Shown one piece after another: positions 38,177-52,157 of a stretch of 64,000 bases of DNA (position 1 is its first letter; each line of letters begins with the position of its first letter). This DNA is from Eledone cirrhosa. Its lineage: Eukaryota. The position numbers and the translations under genes are program-made. Location: contig OZ024746.1 in NCBI GenBank assembly GCA_964016885.1, positions 12,152,001-12,216,000 on the forward strand, read 5' to 3'. The notes below the pieces were generated by a model. It was not told the origin of the DNA, ran no database searches, and worked only from the letters and a program-made list of their open reading frames with translations.

Positions 38177-39330
38177 CCTCCACCACTATCACTGCCACCA
38201 CCACCACCACTATCACTGCCACCACCACCACCACCTCCACCACTATCACTGCCACCACCACCACCACCTCCACCACTATCACTGCCACCACCACCACCAC
38301 CACCACCACCACCACCACCACCACTATCACTATCACTGCCACCACTACCACCACTATCACTGCCACCACCACCACCACCACCACCGCCGCCACTACTATC
38401 ACTGCCACAACCACCACTGCCACCACCACCACCACCACTATCACTGCCACCACCACCGCCGCCACCACTATCACTGCCACCACCGCCACCACCGCCACCA
38501 CCACCACCACCACCACCACCACCACCACCACCACCACCACTATCACCACCACCACCACTATCACCACCACCACCACCACCACTATTACCACCACTTCCAC
38601 CACCACAGCCACCACCATCACTGCCACCACCACTATCACCACCACCACCATTATCACCACCACTATCACAGCCACCGCCATCACTGCCACCACCACCACC
38701 ACCACCACCACCACTATCACCACCACCACCACTATCACCACCACCACCACCACCACCACTATTACCACCACTTCCACCACCACAGCCACCACCATCACTG
38801 CCACCACCACTATCACCACCACCACCATTATCACCACCACTATCACAGCCACCGCCATCACTGCCACCACCACCACCACCACCACCACCACTATCACCAC
38901 CACCACCACCACCACCACCACCACCACCACCACCACCACCACCACCACTATTACCACCACTTCCACCACCACAGCCACCACCATCACTGCCACCACCACT
39001 ATCACCACCACCACCACCACCACCATTATCACCACCACTATCACAGCCACCGCCATCACTGCCACCACCACCACCACCACCACCACCACTATCACCACCA
39101 CCACCACCACCACCATTATCACCACCACTATCACAGCCACCGCCATCACTGCCACCACCACCACCACCACCACTATCACCACCACCACCACTATCACCAC
39201 CACCACCACCACCACTATTACCACCACCACTATCACTGCTACCAGCACCACCCTACCACTTCCACCATCACCGCCACCACCATCACTGCCACCACCGCCA
39301 ACGGCACCAGTACCACTGCCACCACCATCT
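38177..39330. repeat. Interrupted (ACC)n trinucleotide array, about 1.15 kb
   Basis: ACC runs with actatc/actgcc interruptions; source of the poly-T/P/H/V ORFs. Confidence 0.97.
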
Positions 39331-39949
39331 TTTTCTCTTCCACAACTGGTATCAAGTTTACAATAGGGATATTGATATTCTAATTCCTATCACCTTGTTA
39401 TTATCAGCAGTGAGTGTGTACATGAAGAGATGAGTTGAAACAAACGATTCTCACCAGCTGCATCAACACCACCACTACTTCAATTTTAGATGAAATCATC
39501 ATTGTTATTTTTGTGAAATACAGTTTTCTGTGAGTGTGTGTCAGTGTGGAGTTTTTTTTCCATTATATTTTTTATGTTACAATGTAATTCACTGTAAACT
39601 TCCCAAAGCCTCAGAAATTTGAGTCGATGTTGTTCTGAATTCTCCATTGTTTAGTGAATAAATATCAGTTTCTTCACTGAAGAGTTGTGATTTTATGTCT
39701 CATCAGTAGCATTGTGTTGTATGATGAGAAAGGTATGAATATCTTCCAAGTCTTCTTAGTTTAACAAGTATGGACAGTGAGTAGAAAAGTAGCTTGACCA
39801 TATAGCTGAGATTAAATCAGTTCTCACAAGAATAATTATTTATCATCTATTTTTAAATTTGCTTTTCCTCAACTCAATGTCTTGCCATTTGTTGTGGTCA
39901 TCTCCTTCTAAATCTTCCACTTCCTCCTCAGTCTTCCATGATCTCCTTC

Positions 39950-40250
39950 TTCTGTAGGTTCCTTGGATAGTTCGGAACTTCTCTACCCAACTGTCATACA
40001 TATGCATCTTATGTACATCAACACCACCACCACAATCTTCTCTTATGCCTGCTACATCTTATACCCAGTTTTTATCTGCTTATTTGTGTTCTCTTGCCTT
40101 CACACACGAACATTACACATCCAGTGAAGCATGCTTGCTTCATTTCTTTCCAACCTTTCACCTACCTTCATGTAGAACTCATTATCAACTCTCATCTTGC
40201 TGATGGTATCTGTACATAGCTTGCACAGTGCTCACAAGTTTTCTGCTATA
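39950..40250 (-). mobile_element. Degenerate RTE-like LINE fragment
   Basis: Degenerate RTE C-terminal region on the minus strand; resembles the other RTE fragments. Confidence 0.45.
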
Positions 40251-40264
40251 CCTGGTTTTCTTAA

Positions 40265-40476
40265 CCTTTTAGAATTTAAACCAGCTGTATCCAGCCAGAA
40301 TTCTCTCACCTCTTTCTGTTCAAACTGGCCGTAATTGGCTGTTCATACTTATGATAAGGTATTGTCCTCAAAATAAATAATATCAAAATCTCATAGATTT
40401 GATATTATGTGAGATAATTATGTGAAATAAAGTGAAAACACAATAGTATATATAGAGTAATTTAAATGCTAAAGAG
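40265..40476 (-). mobile_element. piggyBac-type TTAA MITE copy
   Basis: ttaa|ccttttagaattta...taaatgctaaagag|ttaa. Confidence 0.85.
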
Positions 40477-42130
40477 TTAATACTACCTGACTAAAGAATG
40501 TGGTACCCTAAAAAAGAGCTTCTGGTCAGTGAACACTGTATGTAGTGGCTGGCACTTATAAACTTTTTTTGTAGTGTTCTCACTTTTAAGAGAGAAACAA
40601 TGGTACCCTATCCTGGCATGGGGGTGGGAGGCCTTTACCTTTTAAGTGCAAAAAAGAAAAAAAAAACTGGTTGTATCAAAGTTTGAACTTATGTTATCCA
40701 GTCATTAATTAAGTATTTTAGTATTGCAGATGTTGTATGACATTAAAGGCTTCTTTATAGTATTTTATGATTCATTGCTTTCAGTATAGGGTTCAAATCC
40801 ACCCTTCATTGTTTTTGACATTGTTTTTCATTTTTCCATATGGGATAAAATATGTGTCAGAAAAATATTCAAATTTACTCATCCTTCATTTCATACAGAA
40901 ATATTTTCTTTTGTCTTTATGTTATTCAATAGGCAACGGTGTCTTTTAACAATGGATGCTAGGTTTTTGAACAGATGTTATAGAAAATCAAAATATTCTC
41001 TAGAGATTCAGTCATAGATTTTATTTAATGTGAAAGAACCACCAAACTGCACATCAGATTCTAACCAAATCCACAGAGGAATTTCTACATAGTGTCTAGG
41101 TCGGCTCATTCTAGCTTTTGACTCATTTCAATATGTATATACACCACACTGTAATGTGGTTGGCATTAGGAAGGGCACCCAGCTGTAGAAACCAAGCCAA
41201 AGTATAGATCTGTATGAGCAACTCATGGTCTCCGGACCTGACTTGTCTCTTAAAGTGACATCCCATCTAACCCATGCAGGAGTGGAAAAAATAGATGTTA
41301 AATGGTGATAACCTATATATATATATATTGATATTGATAATCTGTGTAACTGGGACCAAGAAAACCACAAATCAAAGAAGATACGGAGTGAGTGTATTAG
41401 TGAAGAGATAACTAGCTGAAACTGCTGAGCTTATGGTAGATCCTCTACTTTCACTAATATATATATATATATATATATATCATCATTTTATGTCCATTCT
41501 TCTATGCTAATATATGTATGTATATATAGGGCAGAAATGGTGAGAGCTGATCTCAAGTCACTGAGACTCACAGAGGAGATGACGAAGGAACATGGTCAGT
41601 GAGAAAAGCTGTTGTGCTGGAAAGGACCCATCCAACACATGTGAACGTGGAAAAACATGTAAAAACAATGATGATGATATATTGTAATGTAGTGTAATTT
41701 AGTAAATATCAACTAATGTTAGGAGAGAACACATTCTGTGGAAAGAGTTTGTAGTATATAGTTATCCATTACATTAACTTATAGTGTTATATAGGTACAA
41801 TTGTTTTGCTAGACTTCTGTCTTAAATCTCTCTGATCACAACACACCAGCCTCTATTGATATCAGTTAATAATTGTTGTAGCCTTTTCCTTCAAATATAT
41901 AGAGAGGGTGTTGCAGATATAAAAGATTTATAAGGTAAAGATAGGGGAGGTTATATTTTAGATAATCAGAGATATACATGTAATTTGCCACAGAGTATAT
42001 ATAAGCGTATAGATGTGTATATATAAGCATATATATCATATCCATACACACATATATATATAAGCATATATATGTGTATATATAAACATATGTATCATAT
42101 CCATGTATATAAATGTATATATAAGTGTAT

Positions 42131-42170
<40 letters not shown>

Positions 42171-44099
42171 TAACTATGAGCCAGTATTTTATTATCTGGA
42201 ACATTGTCACTTACATAACTTTGAGTATCCTCTTCCAGTTTGTCAACACATTTCTCTGTAAAACTACTACCACTAATTGACCAATATTCTCATTTAGGAC
42301 TTTAGCTCTAACCCCCACCTCCACCCATTCCTCCTTCCTCACACAAAAACATAGCCACTCATCTTTCTCCTTCATTGTCCTCATACTGATCTATTTTTGG
42401 AGAAAGACTATAGTATTGTCAGTAATGTGAGCTAAAAAGGAAAACAAGTTTAGTAAACTCTGCTCTATCTGTCTGTATGTCTTGTATCCTGTGTTTGGAA
42501 AACCTCAATTAAAAGATTTTTTTTCCCCAATTATCAAAACATCAGGATAATTACAATATTCGTTGTTAAAATATAATTATTATAAAGAGGGAAATTAATA
42601 TAACAACAAAGCCTTTATACACACACATATATATACACATATATACACAAGGTGGTGAATTTACAACAGCATTGTTATAGCATTATTTGTTTTGGTTCTT
42701 TGGATTCTTTCTTACTTCAAATCCTGATGTGGCCTGCATTGGCCACCCACTGTCATCTGGGTCCTTGTCTGCTTTGTACGTTAGTGGACTTCAGTCTGTT
42801 GTTAGCATTTAGGTCAGGTCTCTGGTTTGAGAATATCTTCTTTCTTCCCTCCTGCCCCAGAGACACTGAAAAAATAAAGAATCATGGACACTGCTCTTCT
42901 TAACTAAGTGATAAAAAAAAGGCCAGTTAATTATCGTTAAGAATCGTGTTAGTCAACTGAAAGGAACTACAGTGTTCTAGGTTCTATATCTAAGAGAACT
43001 TTATAAAATCATTGGTATTTATTTTATTGACAACTCTCTTCATAGAGATGAAAGTTGGTTCCAACAGATTTAAATTCAGAAAACTGATGAATGAAACCAA
43101 ATCTTGTTACTTTGTCCACTGTCTTAAAAATATGTTTTCTTCAATAAGCACAAAAGTTATATATTTAATTGTGGATTGTGAAGGAATTGGTTTGTTGAAG
43201 TGGAATGGTACAGTTAGCACATTCACTACATAGACCCACACACATATTTTAGATATTTCTTTTATTGTTTTACTGGTTTCATTGGTGGCTACCACCTTCT
43301 GCATCAAACCCAGTAAGGTTTTTCTCAATTGATATTTATTATATTGATCTTTGAAGCATGAAATACAAAATGGTTTTGGGCAGGGTTCAGTTAAAGCTTA
43401 TTAGGGTTCCTAAGATCTTAAAAGATTATGGTGCTCCTTATATATAAAGTTTGCAACAACAATTTTTGTTAATTAACTTGAATAAAATGGTGGCTTCCTT
43501 TCCTTGATACCCTAAGCATTTCCTTATTTTGCCTAATAGTTAATCCAGTCGTGGTTGTGAGTGGGATTAGGAGTTGACTAAATATTACAAGGTATTTTGT
43601 CTGATTCTTTATTTATTCTCTCTATATATTTAGTTTGATGGGGGAAAACTTTAAACAGAATATATTTTAAAATGGTAAAAGGAAAGTAATGTATTAAATA
43701 GTGTGGCTTTTTTTAAAGTGAATCACTATACTGGATATTGATGCACTGCATGTATGCTTTCTATTGTAATCAAGTGCAAATGCTTTGATGCATGCACATG
43801 TTATCTTTGAGGCTGTTTGAACTAACAAAAGCTGTAGTGGGATACATTATTCATTGGCAGTTTCTGGCAAAGCATATCCTTTTCTAGGGTATAGCTTCAT
43901 TTGAGGTTTATGATTCATTGAGCTTCAATGTGTGTATATATATGTGCAGCAAATTATATGGGTCTGCAACTCTTGTAAGTATGCATATTGGTGTGCATGT
44001 GTGTGTATTTGTGCTTGTAATGGAGGAAATAGATTTTCTAAATATGCGTGTGTATGTGTGTCTGGGAAGATGTGTGTGAAAGTGTAAAACTGACTGACT

Positions 44100-44700
44100 G
44101 TGTAGCTTGTTTTCTCACTACTATGTAATATGGCAGTTTGTATGTAGGTAACATACCCTCTGTGAGCAAAGCTCTTTGGATTCAGCAGAGGTGCTAGCTC
44201 TTTAAAAACCCCCCAGTCTGTTCTAACTCTGGTGACCACAGGTTCAACCATCCCCCACTGACTCTCATAAATGGTTTCCTACTCAAATGAATGGCTATAT
44301 TTCACATACTTACTCAAAGGAGAATCATTGAAGGGGTTAAAAGAAACAAGAAAGCTTTTGACAGTATTCACAGATGCTGAAAATCCTTTCTGTTTATGGA
44401 ATACCAGAGCAACACATTCTATGACGATACAAGAGATTTCTGTTTATGGAATACCAGAGCAACATGTTCTATAAAGATACAAGAGCTTTAGTGGTGACTT
44501 CCAGATGGCGAAAGAAACCTTTTATAATATTCATACTAGAGGGTGATGCTTTGGTTCTTTATTGTAATTGACTGCATAATGAGACAAGTTATTGATGGAA
44601 AGCCAGAAGAACTTGGCTTCAGACTCTACCAGAAATATGAACACTGATTGTGAATCAAGACTTTTGCTATGAGAACATGTCTCCACCAGCACTAGAGAGG
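44100..44700 (-). mobile_element. RTE-clade LINE fragment
   Basis: Minus strand VVTRVRTDWGVFKELAPLL...YVTYIQTAILHSSE. Confidence 0.7.
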
Positions 44701-44779
44701 TTGTCTGTCCCTTCTACATTGTATCTATTTTTATTCATTCTGTAAAATGGTACTGCTGTTGCCACACAAAAGACTTATG

Positions 44780-45948
44780 GTAAAACTCTCTGCAATGGGT
44801 GTGAAGGATGATCTTTTTAACTGGTTGAAGTCCTTCATTCTCAGTCGAAGAGAGGTAGTCACGGTTCTAGGATAGCATTACTCACCATATGAGATGTCAT
44901 CTGGTGTACCACAGGGACCGGTTCTTGGCTCGCTTTTGTTTGTGGCCTATATTAATGACATAGATGCCAACTTAAAGAATGCCACAGTACTGAAATATGC
45001 AGATGACATCAAGCTGTACCTTGAGATAAAAAGGACAGATCCTGAACACTATAGATCTTGCTTGCAGTCTGACCTGGACACAATGCAACAATGGATCTCA
45101 GACTGGCAACTCAAGCTAGCTGTTGACAAGTGCACCACCATGCATTTTGGGAGTAAAAACCCAGCGTCCACATACTCCCTCCACAACACTAATATCAAGA
45201 AGTCTTCTTGTGAACGTGACCTGGGAATTATGGTCAGCAGCGATTTGTGTTGGACGAAGCACGTCTCTAAAATTGTCAAGAAGGCCGAGGGTGTCTTAGC
45301 ATCCCTCAGCAAGACCTTTGTCAGCCGCTCTCCAGCTATCTATTTAAAGCTGTATATAGCTAGAGTGCGGCCACACTTAGAATTTGCATCACCAGTCTGG
45401 AACCCCTATCTTGCTCATAACATTGACCGCCTGGAAACTGTTCAGAGACGTGAAACCAAGCGAATACCCTCCATCAGGCATCTACCATACTCTGAACGCC
45501 TTGCTTCCCTGGGTATGGATATATTGAAGCTCCGACGCCTGGCAACTGACTTGGTAAACACCCACAAAATTATTAAACATCTTGCCAACAACAACCCTGA
45601 GTACCTTTTTGATTTGCATGTGTCTAACACATGTGGGCATGCCCACAAAGTCAGAAAACAGCATAGCTCCCATGACTTTCGGAAACATTTTTTCATGTTC
45701 AGAGTTGCTGAAGCATGGAACAAACTACCTGCATCAGTTATTAGCTGTCAAGACACTGCATCCTTTGAAACCTCCAATCTTCCTGAGGTTCGCCAACACT
45801 ATACCTAATATTCCCCCTCCATACACACGCACACATGTATATCATGACTCATACACTATTCACTTCCCTGACATTTGTATATTATTCTATGTACTATACA
45901 TGCACCTTTGATGAGTTGTAGTGCACCTAAGCACTGTACACAATAATT

Positions 45949-45985
<37 letters not shown>
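44780..45985 (+). mobile_element. 5'-truncated CR1/L2-group LINE (RT C-terminal half, 3' UTR, (ATT)n tail)
   Basis: ORF 44894-45808: SGVPQGPVLG.LLF..YIND, KYADDIKLY, ERDLG, VRPHLEFASPVWNP, RVAEAWNKLP; ends in (ATT)n. Confidence 0.93.
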
Positions 45986-45986
<1 letters not shown>

Positions 45987-47055
45987 AGACCACTCAATTC
46001 ACTCTGTAAAGTGGTAGTTCTGGTGCCATGTTAAAAATCACCCAGTACATCTGTAAAATTGTTGGCATTAGGAAGGGCATCTAGCCATAGAAACTGTCAA
46101 GTTTTAGTACTTACTATGTGATGACTTGATTAACCCATGCAAACATCAAAAGCAGGCATAAAACAGTGATGATGATACACCTATATAGACACAAATACAA
46201 TAATTATGCAATCATAGTTAATTTTATACCCACAAGCAGAGTAGCTAATTACACAATTATAATTAAATTAAATAATTGCCAGCAGAATATATCGCATGTG
46301 GAAGGTGATATTATACCCAGTTTGACTTTATCTGTTCCATTTTAACAGACATTTAGACATTTCAAAAATAAAAGGAGGCAAACAATAAGAAAACAACATA
46401 ACAGAAGAGGAGAAAATAAAATATCTTATCTTTTCTTGTCTCATGTCCCCTCAACTGTTGTCAAGTAATATCTAAGCCTTTGCATATGGTGGTCTCTAAG
46501 TAGTTATATCTTATTAATTTTCCTCATCCAGCTTTTGATTTCTTGAATTATTTATTTATTCATTTTAACACATAAAAACACATAAATATAACTACATTCA
46601 TACACATATGCATATGGTATATATATATGTGTGTGTATGTATATGTGTATATGTTTGTGTGTGAGTGTGTTTGTGTTAAAGAGAGAGGGACCTGACCTCA
46701 GCTTGCTAACTGATGAGGGACCCACCCTCCCCTCACACACACACTCTGTTCACCTATTCATTTCTGCTCCTTGCACTATAAAACACTAACAAAGGAAGTT
46801 AGCCACCAAAGTGGTTCAGCCACTCATATCAACCCTAGTCCCATTATGTAATGCCAATTTGGTAATTTATAACCTACAGCTGTCCACTTTCTTTAATTTT
46901 AATCTCAAATTTAATCTTATCACTAATATGTTGTTGTTGGCAGTAGTGTTGGGAATTGTACAAGTCATAATACTAGAATAACTTGTAGCAATATAGTTGT
47001 GTTGGTAGTGGTAGAAGTGGTGACAGTTGAAATAGTGACATGGGGAAAAGTTTAA

Positions 47056-47263
47056 CCCTTTAGCATTTAAATCATCCATATCTGGACAGAATTCTCTCAC
47101 CTTTTTCTGGTCAAACCGGCCATAACTGGCTGTTTATACTTATGTTAATGTATTGTTCTCAAAATAAATACTCACAAAATCTCGTAGCTTTGATATTATG
47201 TGGGGTAACACCTTTACTGTGAAAATACAATAGTATATATAGAGTAATGTAAATGCTAAAGGG
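47056..47263 (-). mobile_element. piggyBac-type TTAA MITE copy
   Basis: ttaa|ccctttagcattta...taaatgctaaaggg|ttaa. Confidence 0.9.
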
Positions 47264-48689
47264 TTAAACAAAAATTATCTTGTTTTATATATTTATTTAT
47301 TTTGTCAAAGAGAAGTTTTTATGATCCTTTTCAGGGCCTCTGAGACTGGTGGGTGAAGGGAGGAAGGTATCGACAAACTAGAGACCTAACCCAAATGCTT
47401 GCATTGCAACAGAATGTAAATTGCTAAAAGCCCCGAAGGATTGGGTGGCAATGTTTAACTACACAACAGATTGTTTTATTTACTAAATTTTACTGTAAAC
47501 ATCTCAATATTATAATATTGTAATATCGAATACGGTTCTCACCATTGTCATCATTATTTCCACAAGTCTTTTGCCATGATGGCATCTTTTTATCTATTTT
47601 ACTACTGTATCATCTTAATTTTCATCAAATTGTTTACTAAGATTGATACAAGGCTAAACATCATCATCATCATCATCATCAAATACAAGACATAAACAGA
47701 CATCATTGGATGTTCTAGAGGTGTCAATGCAAAGACAAACACTTGACAGGCTTCCACTAAGTTTCTCTCTACCAAATGTCACTCACAAAGCATTAATAAG
47801 CTTGATATAGTAATGGAAGACCAATATGTGCCTAAACATATGTAATCTGATATGTACCTGGTAACATATTTTACAGTTCCTGGAGGGATGAAAAGGAAAG
47901 TTAGCTAGAGGAAGAGTTGAACTAAAAACCTTGACAAACATAACTGGTACTTTGCTATTTCTGCTGTTTTTTCTCACATTGACACCAGGCCAAACATTCT
48001 TTTAGGGAAGGATATATAACTGCTGTATATGTCAGGTACCTCTTATCAACTCCATAAGGGAAGAACCTCTAAGTTGTTTTGAACTGAGGATGTTGATGGA
48101 CAAAACTAAATGCTATAAAGTAGTTTTAGTTTAGCCTTGCACTACATCAGGTAATATTTGTTTCAAATTTAGGCATAAGGTACTTTTGGAGAGAGAAGAA
48201 TGTTAATTGTATTAATGCCAGTACTCAACTGGTACTTTATTTTATCGACCCCAAAAATTGACTGTGGCAGGATTTGAACTCAGAAAGTAAAGAACTATAA
48301 CACCAAAATTACATTTTATCTAATGTTCTTCTGCCAATCCACCTCTCATTAATTTAGGATATATTGAGTGAGAAAACCAAAAACTGTAATGATGATGATG
48401 ATACCTTTTTTTTTCTAAAATCACCGTAAAAGAGTTTTATTTGGGAATGGAAACTAGATTTTGTAACCAATCAAGTGGAAATTATGTGGTTTTAATTAGT
48501 CATTATAATTTTCTATTATTCATTTTGTTTCACTGTTTAAAGTTCAGGTCTTGTCATTGTGAATTAGTTTTGAGGGGTTGGGCTGGTGAACCTCGGACAC
48601 CAGACCCATTCTTACTCTGAGAAAGAGTGATTCCATTACTCTTTCAATGTCCCCCACTGCTGCTCTGAATATCCCCTGCTGCTACCCAT

Positions 48690-48890
48690 CACCACCACCT
48701 TTTAGCACTCTTCTTCCAACTGCACCACCACCACCACCACCACCTTTTAGCTATCTTCTTCCAACTGCACTACCACCACCACCACCACCACCACCACCAC
48801 CACCACCACCTTTTAGCTATCTTCTTCCAACTGCACTACCACCACCACCACCACCACTACCACCACCACCACCACCAACAACAACAACTA
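48690..48890. repeat. (ACC)n array with repeated ttttagctatcttcttccaactgc spacer
   Basis: Three spacer copies separated by ACC runs. Confidence 0.85.
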
Positions 48891-49094
48891 CTTCTATATT
48901 AACAACTTACACTACATCTATCACACCTGACTCCATCATCCACACCCCACCCCACCTTCCTATTCCACCTTTACAACCATTTTATGCTTTCATTTATAAT
49001 TTCCTTATTACATTTTTTTTTTGTAGAAAAAATTCAATTCTCACTCTGTAATGAATATTTAATCAGTTGTCAATTGATGAGGAATAAAGATTGT

Positions 49095-49560
49095 ATGTGT
49101 GTCTGTTTGGGTAACTGTGTGGGTAACTGTGTTTGTGTGGGTAACTGTGCGTCTGTGTGGGTAGCTGTGTGTCTGTGGATAACTGTGTGTCTGTCTGCGT
49201 AGCTGTGTGTATGTTTGGGTAGCTGTGTGTCTGTCTGGGTAGCTGTGTCTGTCTGGGTAGCTGTGTGTCTGTGTGGGTAGCTGTGTGTTTGTGTGGGTAG
49301 CTGTGTGTTTGTGTGGGTAGCTGTGTGTTTGTGTGGGTAGCTGTGTGTCTGTGTGGGTAGCTGTGTGTCTGTGTGGGTAGCTGTGTGTCTGTGTGGGTAA
49401 CTGTGTCTGTGTGGGTAACTGTCTGTTTGGGTCACTGTGTGTCTGTGTGGGTAGCTGTGTGTATCTGTGGGTAACTGTGTCTGTGTGGATGTCTGTGTAG
49501 GTAGCTGTGTGTCTGTGTGGGTAACTGTGTGTTTGTGTTTACCCATGTGTATGTGTCTGT
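49095..49560. repeat. About 20-bp GT-rich minisatellite
   Basis: unit gtgtgtctgtgtgggtagct. Confidence 0.92.
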
Positions 49561-49924
49561 GAGAGAGAAAGAGAGAGACTGGGTGTAGAAGTATTGTTAT
49601 AAAGAATCTCTGTCATCCATGTTCTGACATGTGCTGTGTCATCCATGTTAGAGTTCACTGCTCTTTATAATTAACTCCCAATGTGTGATCATTTGAAACC
49701 CACCACTTTTTTCTAGTCTGGTACCTGTCTTATTGTTATCTGTTTGTCAGACTGCTAAGTTACGGGACATAAACAAACGATAAACATGCGTGCACACATA
49801 CACATCCAACCCATGCCAGCATGGACAACGAACATAAAATAGTGATGTTGAGGATGTGTATGTCGTTGTGTGTGTTTATGTGAAGGTATGGTCATGTACT
49901 TAAGGTGTTCAATTTACTGTCACA

Positions 49925-50170
49925 TCAATAAGTATGCAGACCTTGCAGGAGCTATTAGAACTGAGCACCATGTAGAGACAGAAGTCATGCCAATTGTCAT
50001 TGGGGCACTAGGTACGGTCCCTAAATGCATTAGGTCTTTTCATCAAAAGCATTGCGATTTCTGACTTCATAGTGCTCAAGTTTCTACCATCATTAGCACT
50101 GCCAGAATCCTGAGTGATATATTGGACCTCTGAGATTAGGTATTGATCTGAGGCTAATTAAAGCTTCACC
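49925..50170 (+). mobile_element. R4/Dong-like RLE retrotransposon 3' fragment
   Basis: KYADLA...VMPIVIGALGTVPK; ends at a (TAG)n microsatellite. Confidence 0.7.
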
Positions 50171-50171
50171 T

Positions 50172-50203
<32 letters not shown>

Positions 50204-50901
50204 TTATGTGGATTAGCGTAAGACAAAATGTTTTGTATCATATAGTTACGGCCCTTTACATTCTGAGTTCAAATACTGCCGAGGTTAGTTTTGTCTTTCA
50301 TATTTTGAAATAAAGTACCAGTAATGAACTGGAGTTGATTAAATCAACTTCCTCCTCCCTTCAAATTGCTGCCAAATGTAGAAACAATTATCATCATCAG
50401 TAGTAGTAATTGTTTCTACGTTTGGCACAAGGCCAGCAATTACCCAGTGCATTACTGGTACTTTATTTTATCGACCCCATAAGGATGAAAGGCAAAGTTA
50501 ACCTCGGCGGGATTTGTAGTTATGGTTGTGGTGGTGATAGTGTTTGTAGTAGTAGTAGTAGTAGAGGTGGTAATAGTAGTAGTAGTAGTAGTAGTAGAGG
50601 TAGTAGTAGTAGTAGAGGTGGTAGTAGTAGTAATTATTAGTTGGATAAATTATGACTTTATTAAGATAAGCATGTACATGTTTCTCAAGAGTAGATTAGT
50701 TTACTGTGGGTTGCTGTTGTGGAAGGGTTGAGGGTAGTAATGTGTGTGTGTTATTAGGTTGACGTGTGTATGTGTATATTTATATAGTATGTGTGTATGT
50801 ATGTGTGTATATATATATATGTTTATCCCAGGTTCAATCGGGGGTAACCACAGTAAGTAAGGTACTCAATACAAAGCAGAGTATAAATATTTAATATAGA
50901 A

Positions 50902-50954
50902 AAGCTTCTGCAGGACTAGAACTGTTTCATTCATGAGAAATCATCAGGAAGCTT
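50902..50954 (-). ncRNA. Type I hammerhead, paralog of 31709-31761 (element 50825-50955)
   Basis: Minus strand aagcttc-CTGATGA-tttc-tcat-gaat-GAAA-cag-ttctagtc-ctg-CA-gaagctt; stem I covaries with the paralog; U16.1>C. Confidence 0.78.
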
Positions 50955-50972
50955 ATATATATATATATATAT

Positions 50973-51216
50973 GGAGGCACATGGCTTAGTGGTTAGAGCC
51001 TTGCAATCGAAAGGTTGCGAGTTCAATTATCAGACCGGGTGATATGTTGTTTCTTTGAGCAAGACACTTTATTTCACATTGCTCCAGTTTACTCAGCTGT
51101 AGAAATGAGATGATAGGGACTGGGGTCTCTATCATTCCACTGTAAAATCGAGCCAAAATCAGTTCCCATCCCACCCTTGCAAGCAGGGAAAAAGCGGACG
51201 TAAAATGAAATGATGA
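50973..51216 (+). mobile_element. tRNA-derived SINE with RTE-type tail
   Basis: A box tggcttagtgg, B box gagttcaatt, 3' cttgcaagcagggaaaaagcggacgtaaaatga..(tga)n; near-identical to 62245-62582. Confidence 0.85.
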
Positions 51217-51224
51217 TATATATA

Positions 51225-51365
51225 TAATAAAGAAGAAATTAAAAGATGGTTAAAAGAGTCCCATATATTTTATTATGCGCATTTCGAATACAAAATCATC
51301 CTGGGACAAAAATTGTGTTCTCAAGTCAGGTAACATGACATGAGGCATAATAGCACTTGTTTACA
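51225..51365 (-). mobile_element. Inverted copy of the Penelope terminus at 1625-1770, hammerhead core degraded
   Basis: Minus strand ...ctgacttgagaacac...ttcgaaatgcgcataataaaata...cttttaaccatctttt matches 1669-1757. Confidence 0.75.
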
Positions 51366-51454
51366 GGAAAGTGCTAAGTCTATATATATATATATATATA
51401 ATGGCTAAGCGGATGTAAAAACAATTATGATGATGATATATATATATATATGAT

Positions 51455-51740
51455 CCCTCTTATTTCAAAATTAGAAATAAGAGGGATCAGATGTTGTTTA
51501 CTCGAGAGAAGGCTACGTTGGTATGGTCACGTGATGCGCATGAAAGACGACAGCTGTATAACAAAGTGCAGGGCAATAAAGATAGACGGTAGCCACGGAG
51601 TAGGCAGACCCAGAAAAACCTGGGACGAGCTGATAAATTCCGACCTCACACACTTACACCTCTCCAAGACAATGTCACTGGACCGAGATCTTTGGCAGTA
51701 CTCAGTAATAGAGAAGACCCGCGTTACCTAAATACAAAGT
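51455..51740 (+). mobile_element. RTE-clade LINE C-terminal fragment
   Basis: RRLRWYGHVMRM...GRPRKTW...DRDLW. Confidence 0.88.
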
Positions 51741-52099
51741 AAAACCTACTACAGTCAGTAGGCATCTCTAACAAAATACACCCCCGTCCCACCCCATCCA
51801 CACCGCCCCTTTCAATGTAAAGTTATGTTGGTGCCACAAAATCCAGGCCGAAACAAATGAGATCGTGTAGGTGTCACGACAAAAAAACACACAGTCCACG
51901 CTGTAATGTGACCGTGTAGGCAACACGGTAAAACGTCCCAGTCCCACACTGTAAATGTGGTTGGTGTTAGGAAGGGCATCCAACTGTAGAAAACCCGCCA
52001 GACAGTCCTATGCGAGCAAGACAACCACTCTTGCCTCAAGTGGGAAAACTCCCGTCCAAACCCATGCAAGCATGGAACACGGACGTTAAACGATGATGA

Positions 52100-52157
<58 letters not shown>

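Noticed and set aside
38013-39433. 400+ aa poly-Thr/Pro/His/Val ORFs resembling mucin or extensin
   Set aside because: Open in four frames because of (ACC)n; no splice signals or domain; intronic
46710-46740. CTGATGAG followed by a hairpin as a hammerhead
   Set aside because: No GAAA or stem III downstream
50973-51045. tRNA gene (also 62245-62320)
   Set aside because: A and B boxes continue into a SINE body and tail; no proper acceptor stem or terminator
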